A stretch of 50,130 nucleotides of DNA, from positions 1 to 50,130 of the forward strand of contig CAJYCI010000001.1 in the NCBI GenBank assembly GCA_913428515.1. Reading direction: 5' to 3'. The position numbers were made by a program, and so were the translations under genes. The notes under the pieces were generated by a model that saw only the letters and a list, made by a program, of their open reading frames with translations, was not told the origin of the DNA and made no database searches. Position 1 is the stretch's first letter, and each line of letters opens with the position of its first letter. Source of the DNA: an uncultured Gammaproteobacteria bacterium. Its GTDB lineage: Bacteria; Pseudomonadota; Gammaproteobacteria; Pseudomonadales; Azotimanducaceae. This document shows, one piece after another, positions 46,975-50,130 of the stretch.

Positions 46975-47697
46975 TTACTCAGCATCTATTCTTTGAACAT
47001 CATCTCGCAGTTGCGCTAACTTTTGATTAATAATTCTTCGATGTTGATCTATAGAATTGATCGCCTCAGACAGCCCCTCAATCTGTTTTTCCATGGAATA
47101 AACTCCCCGTTTATCTGCTTCTCTTTTAAGGAGCTGGTCCTCCAGTTGAGCTTTAATGAACGAAATTTCAGTGATTATTTCCTCATTTTCATCTTTAATT
47201 CTGGCACTCAGCGAGTCTATTTTTGTCAGGGCTCCATCAAATTTCGTTAATCTTTCAGAATCGTTTCTCTCAAACGCGGCATTTTTTTCTTTTAGCAGGG
47301 CTATGTCCCTCACGTTTTTTTGGATATCTGGTTTGTTTTGCCTGTGAGCCACTTTCCAAAGTTTATCTATCTCAGTAAAGTTCAATTTTACCTGGTCCGA
47401 AAGATCTTGCGTTGTCTTTAAGACGTCGGTACCAGTCTCAGATAGTCGGGTGTCCAAATCTCTGATATTATTTTGGCCTTGGTCGAGCAATTTATTGCTC
47501 AACGCAAGGCTCTGCTGAACCTCATATAAGGCGAACCCACCAACGCCCATGATTATCGCCATTAGAGCAATAACAAACACCAAAAACCCATTAAAGTTAC
47601 TCTGTTTAGGGGGGTCGGTCCTCGCGTTTCTTCTATAACTGGCGACATCTACTTGGTCGGGCTTTATCGAAGGTATAGTTTCTCTACTGTCAGTCAC
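46975..47697 (-). CDS. membrane-anchored coiled-coil protein, function unknown
   Basis: 240 aa with a basic N-terminus, a single TM helix (FLVFVIALMAIIMGVGGFALY) and about 170 aa of heptad-like K/E/D/Q-rich helix. Confidence 0.6.
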   Translation of the reverse strand: MTDSRETIPSIKPDQVDVASYRRNARTDPPKQSNFNGFLVFVIALMAIIMGVGGFALYEVQQSLALSNKLLDQGQNNIRDLDTRLSETGTDVLKTTQDLSDQVKLNFTEIDKLWKVAHRQNKPDIQKNVRDIALLKEKNAAFERNDSERLTKFDGALTKIDSLSARIKDENEEIITEISFIKAQLEDQLLKREADKRGVYSMEKQIEGLSEAINSIDQHRRIINQKLAQLRDDVQRIDAE

Positions 47698-47710
47698 TAA
47701 ATTAGCCTAC

Positions 47711-47734
47711 AAAAAAAGGGGCCTCAAAAGCCCC
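47711..47734 (-). terminator. intrinsic terminator after the 226-aa membrane protein gene
   Basis: The minus strand reads GGGGC-UUUUGAG-GCCCC + U7. Confidence 0.75.
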
Positions 47735-47759
47735 TGTTCAATATCATCAGCATTCCCTT

Positions 47760-48440
47760 TCAGAGCAATGCCATCAACAAATAAAGCACCGCGGTTAACC
47801 CTAAGCTACAGTGAATTACTCCAGTGACGCTTGTGAGTGGTCCCTGCTTTCCGAAAATGGCGTTAATCTCTAACAGAATGATTACCACTAAAACCGATGC
47901 TATACTCGCTCCGCTCGCTGCCACTAGAAGGTTCATCGAGTCTGATACCAGATGGCCCGATGCAAACATCATGAAAAGCATCGGGGCCGAGAAAAGAGTA
48001 TTCGTCCTCGAAGCCAGAGCAGCTTTTGGTGCAGCGGCCGCTGCTTCCGGCAGTGGTTCGTTTCCTTCTGCAACGGCGTTTGCCGAGGCAATCACGATTT
48101 TTTGGTTAGGCCAGATTATAAGCCAAACATTCAAAAACATTAAAGTTCCGAGGATTGATCCAATTGTGATTGCGTAAGTTATACCAGAACCCTTATAAGC
48201 CAAAAGGGCCACCCCAGATAAGAACGTGAGCATAGCGCCCCATCTGAACCACCAAAGGGCGCGAGGCACCAATTTTTGAATCGCTCCTGCTCTGTGCGCC
48301 GGGTCAGCTTCCTTAAAATATTCAGTCTGAACAAAATTAAAATAATAAAGCAGCCCAATCCATGTGATGCCCCCTAATAAATGAATCCAACGGGACAAAA
48401 AGTCCAAACCGTACATCGAAAATATAGCCAAATCACCCAT
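47760..48440 (-). CDS. integral membrane protein (possibly urate-oxidase-N/PuuD-like membrane domain)
   Basis: 226 aa with 5-6 TM helices. The RWIHLLGGITWIGLLYYFNFVQ motif resembles the membrane domain of PuuD-type proteins as I recall them, but there is no cytochrome c domain. Confidence 0.5.
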   Translation of the reverse strand: MGDLAIFSMYGLDFLSRWIHLLGGITWIGLLYYFNFVQTEYFKEADPAHRAGAIQKLVPRALWWFRWGAMLTFLSGVALLAYKGSGITYAITIGSILGTLMFLNVWLIIWPNQKIVIASANAVAEGNEPLPEAAAAAPKAALASRTNTLFSAPMLFMMFASGHLVSDSMNLLVAASGASIASVLVVIILLEINAIFGKQGPLTSVTGVIHCSLGLTAVLYLLMALL

Positions 48441-48537
48441 GCCTTTTCCCTCTTATCGAGTCACTTTTTATCGAACGTTAAGAATTCGATACTCCTACTT
48501 CAGCATAATGTTACCACTGAACATTTTTAAAAAGAAC

Positions 48538-48561
48538 AAAAAAACCCCGCGCGATGCGGGG
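48538..48561 (-). terminator. intrinsic terminator of groEL
   Basis: The minus strand reads CCCCGC-AUCGC-GCGGGG + U6-7, about 50 nt after the groEL stop. Confidence 0.8.
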
Positions 48562-48610
48562 TTTAATTTTGCATTTTCGGGCCAATCAAAGCCCGGGAAA
48601 GTAGGCAAAA

Positions 48611-50130
48611 TTACATCATTCCGCCCATTCCACCCATTCCGCCCATATCTGGCATTGCGGGTGCTGCTGGTGAGTCTTCGACGATCTCAGTAACCATGCA
48701 TTCAGTAGTGATCATGAGCCCAGCCACAGACGCAGCGGCTTGAAGAGCCGTTCGCGTGACTTTAGCAGGATCAGGAATACCAAACTTAATCATGTCACCA
48801 TACTCGCCAGTTGCCGCATTATAGCCTTCGCTACCCGACATCTTTTTAACCTTATCGACGACTACAGATTCCTCGTCTCCGGAATTAGCAACGATCTGAC
48901 GCATGGGCGCTTCCATTGCTCTTCTCAGCAAGTTTATGCCTACATTTTGATCCTCATTATCCCCAGTTAGCCCTTCAACAGCGCTTAAGGCTCGGACTAG
49001 CGCAACACCGCCGCCTGGAACAATTCCTTCTTCCACTGCGGCTCTCGTAGAATGCAGGGCATCTTCAACACGCGCTTTCTTTTCTTTCATTTCAACTTCA
49101 GTTGCTGCTCCAACTTTAATGACGGCTACGCCGCCAGCAAGTTTTGCCACGCGCTCTTGAAGCTTCTCCCTGTCGTAATCAGAGGACGTTTCTTCAATTT
49201 GAGTTCGAATCTGATTAACTCGAGCCTCAATATCGTCTGACTGACCGGATCCATCGACAACGGTGGTGTTTTCTTTAGTAAGGCTTATTCTCTTGGCTTG
49301 ACCGAGATCCTCAAGAGTGGCTCCCTCCAAAGACAATCCTACTTCCTCAGAGATAACAGTGCCGCCTGTCAAAGTAGCGATATCCTGCAACATTTCTTTG
49401 CGTCTATCGCCGAAGCCAGGCGCTTTAGCCGCTGCAACTTTAACTATTCCGCGCATGTTGTTTACAACCAAGGTCGCGAGAGCCTCCCCCTCAACATCCT
49501 CAGCAATAATCATTAGCGGCTTGCCCGCTTTCGCAACAGCTTCCAGGATTGGGAGCAAATCTCTAATATTTGATATTTTTTTATCAAAAAGGAGGATATA
49601 AGGCTCTTCCAACTCAGCGCTCATGCTGTCTTGATTGTTTATAAAGTATGGTGAAAGATATCCGCGATCGAATTGCATGCCCTCAACGACATCGAGTTCA
49701 TTTTCTAAACCACTACCTTCCTCAACGGTAATCACACCTTCTTTACCTACTTTATCCATAGCTTCTGCAATGATGTCACCAACTTGCGTGTCACTATTTG
49801 CAGAAACGCTTCCTACTTGAGCGATAGCCTTTGAATCTGAGCAAGGCTGAGCGAGACCTTCTATCTCTTTCACGGCAGCAGCAACTGCTTTATCTATGCC
49901 TCTCTTCAAATCCATGGGGTTCATACCCGCAGCGACTGATTTAAGACCTTCGTTTAATATGGATTGGGCTAGCACAGTCGCGGTTGTTGTTCCGTCGCCT
50001 GCAACATCAGAGGTTTGAGAAGCAACTTCCTTAACCATTTGTGCACCCATGTTTTCGAACTTATCAGACAATTCGATTTCTTTCGCGACGGACACACCAT
50101 CCTTTGTTACTGTCGGCGCGCCAAAAGACT
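48611..50130 (-). CDS. groEL: chaperonin GroEL (5' end beyond window)
   Basis: The frame stays open to the right edge (...[37 protein letters not shown]...). The [12 protein letters not shown] motif and the [10 protein letters not shown] tail are present. Confidence 0.98.
   Translation of the reverse strand, partial: SFGAPTVTKDGVSVAKEIELSDKFENMGAQMVKEVASQTSDVAGDGTTTATVLAQSILNEGLKSVAAGMNPMDLKRGIDKAVAAAVKEIEGLAQPCSDSKAIAQVGSVSANSDTQVGDIIAEAMDKVGKEGVITVEEGSGLENELDVVEGMQFDRGYLSPYFINNQDSMSAELEEPYILLFDKKISNIRDLLPILEAVAKAGKPLMIIAEDVEGEALATLVVNNMRGIVKVAAAKAPGFGDRRKEMLQDIATLTGGTVISEEVGLSLEGATLEDLGQAKRISLTKENTTVVDGSGQSDDIEARVNQIRTQIEETSSDYDREKLQERVAKLAGGVAVIKVGAATEVEMKEKKARVEDALHSTRAAVEEGIVPGGGVALVRALSAVEGLTGDNEDQNVGINLLRRAMEAPMRQIVANSGDEESVVVDKVKKMSGSEGYNAATGEYGDMIKFGIPDPAKVTRTALQAAASVAGLMITTECMVTEIVEDSPAAPAMPDMGGMGGMGGMM

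Noticed and set aside
48614-48646. Tandem 9-bp repeat (catTCCgCC-like units)
   Set aside because: It encodes the normal GGM-repeat C-terminal tail of GroEL and is not a microsatellite or CRISPR-like array.
1-50130. Scan for CRISPR arrays, IS elements, integrases, phage genes, toxin-antitoxin pairs and defence systems
   Set aside because: I saw no repeat-spacer periodicity, no terminal inverted repeats flanking a transposase-like ORF, and no recombinase, nuclease-helicase or defence-type domain combinations. The window is core-genome in character.

Overview
Chromosomal, housekeeping-rich window from an AT-rich (roughly 40% G+C by eye), very tightly packed gammaproteobacterial genome. The gene order aspS-yebC-ruvCAB-tolQRAB-pal matches Pseudomonas-like gammaproteobacteria. 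NhaB, ExeAB, a CYP153-like P450 and the compaction suggest a streamlined marine lineage, but that is inference only. I call 52 protein-coding genes. Two are cut by the window edges: pal at the left (absent from the ORF track) and groEL at the right. Two are small ORFs below the track cutoff. I also call one decayed ABC-ATPase pseudogene, several intrinsic terminators, a well-spaced sigma54 promoter for amt, and a promoter plus riboswitch-like leader plus attenuator in front of a methionine-pathway gene. I saw no rRNA, tRNA, CRISPR array, transposase, integrase, phage or recognisable defence genes. The track uses longest ORFs with ATG, GTG or TTG starts, and about ten genes are over-extended at the 5' end; corrected starts are given. 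I found no clear-cut novel system. The best candidates for follow-up are: (1) the SAM-II/V-like leader at 39888-40032; (2) an uncharacterised GT4, methyltransferase and alpha/alpha-toroid operon at 29512-32507; (3) a 480-bp structured orphan region at 26350-26828; (4) the ABC-ATPase relic at 41426-41855; (5) an orphan CYP153-like P450 with no redox partners.
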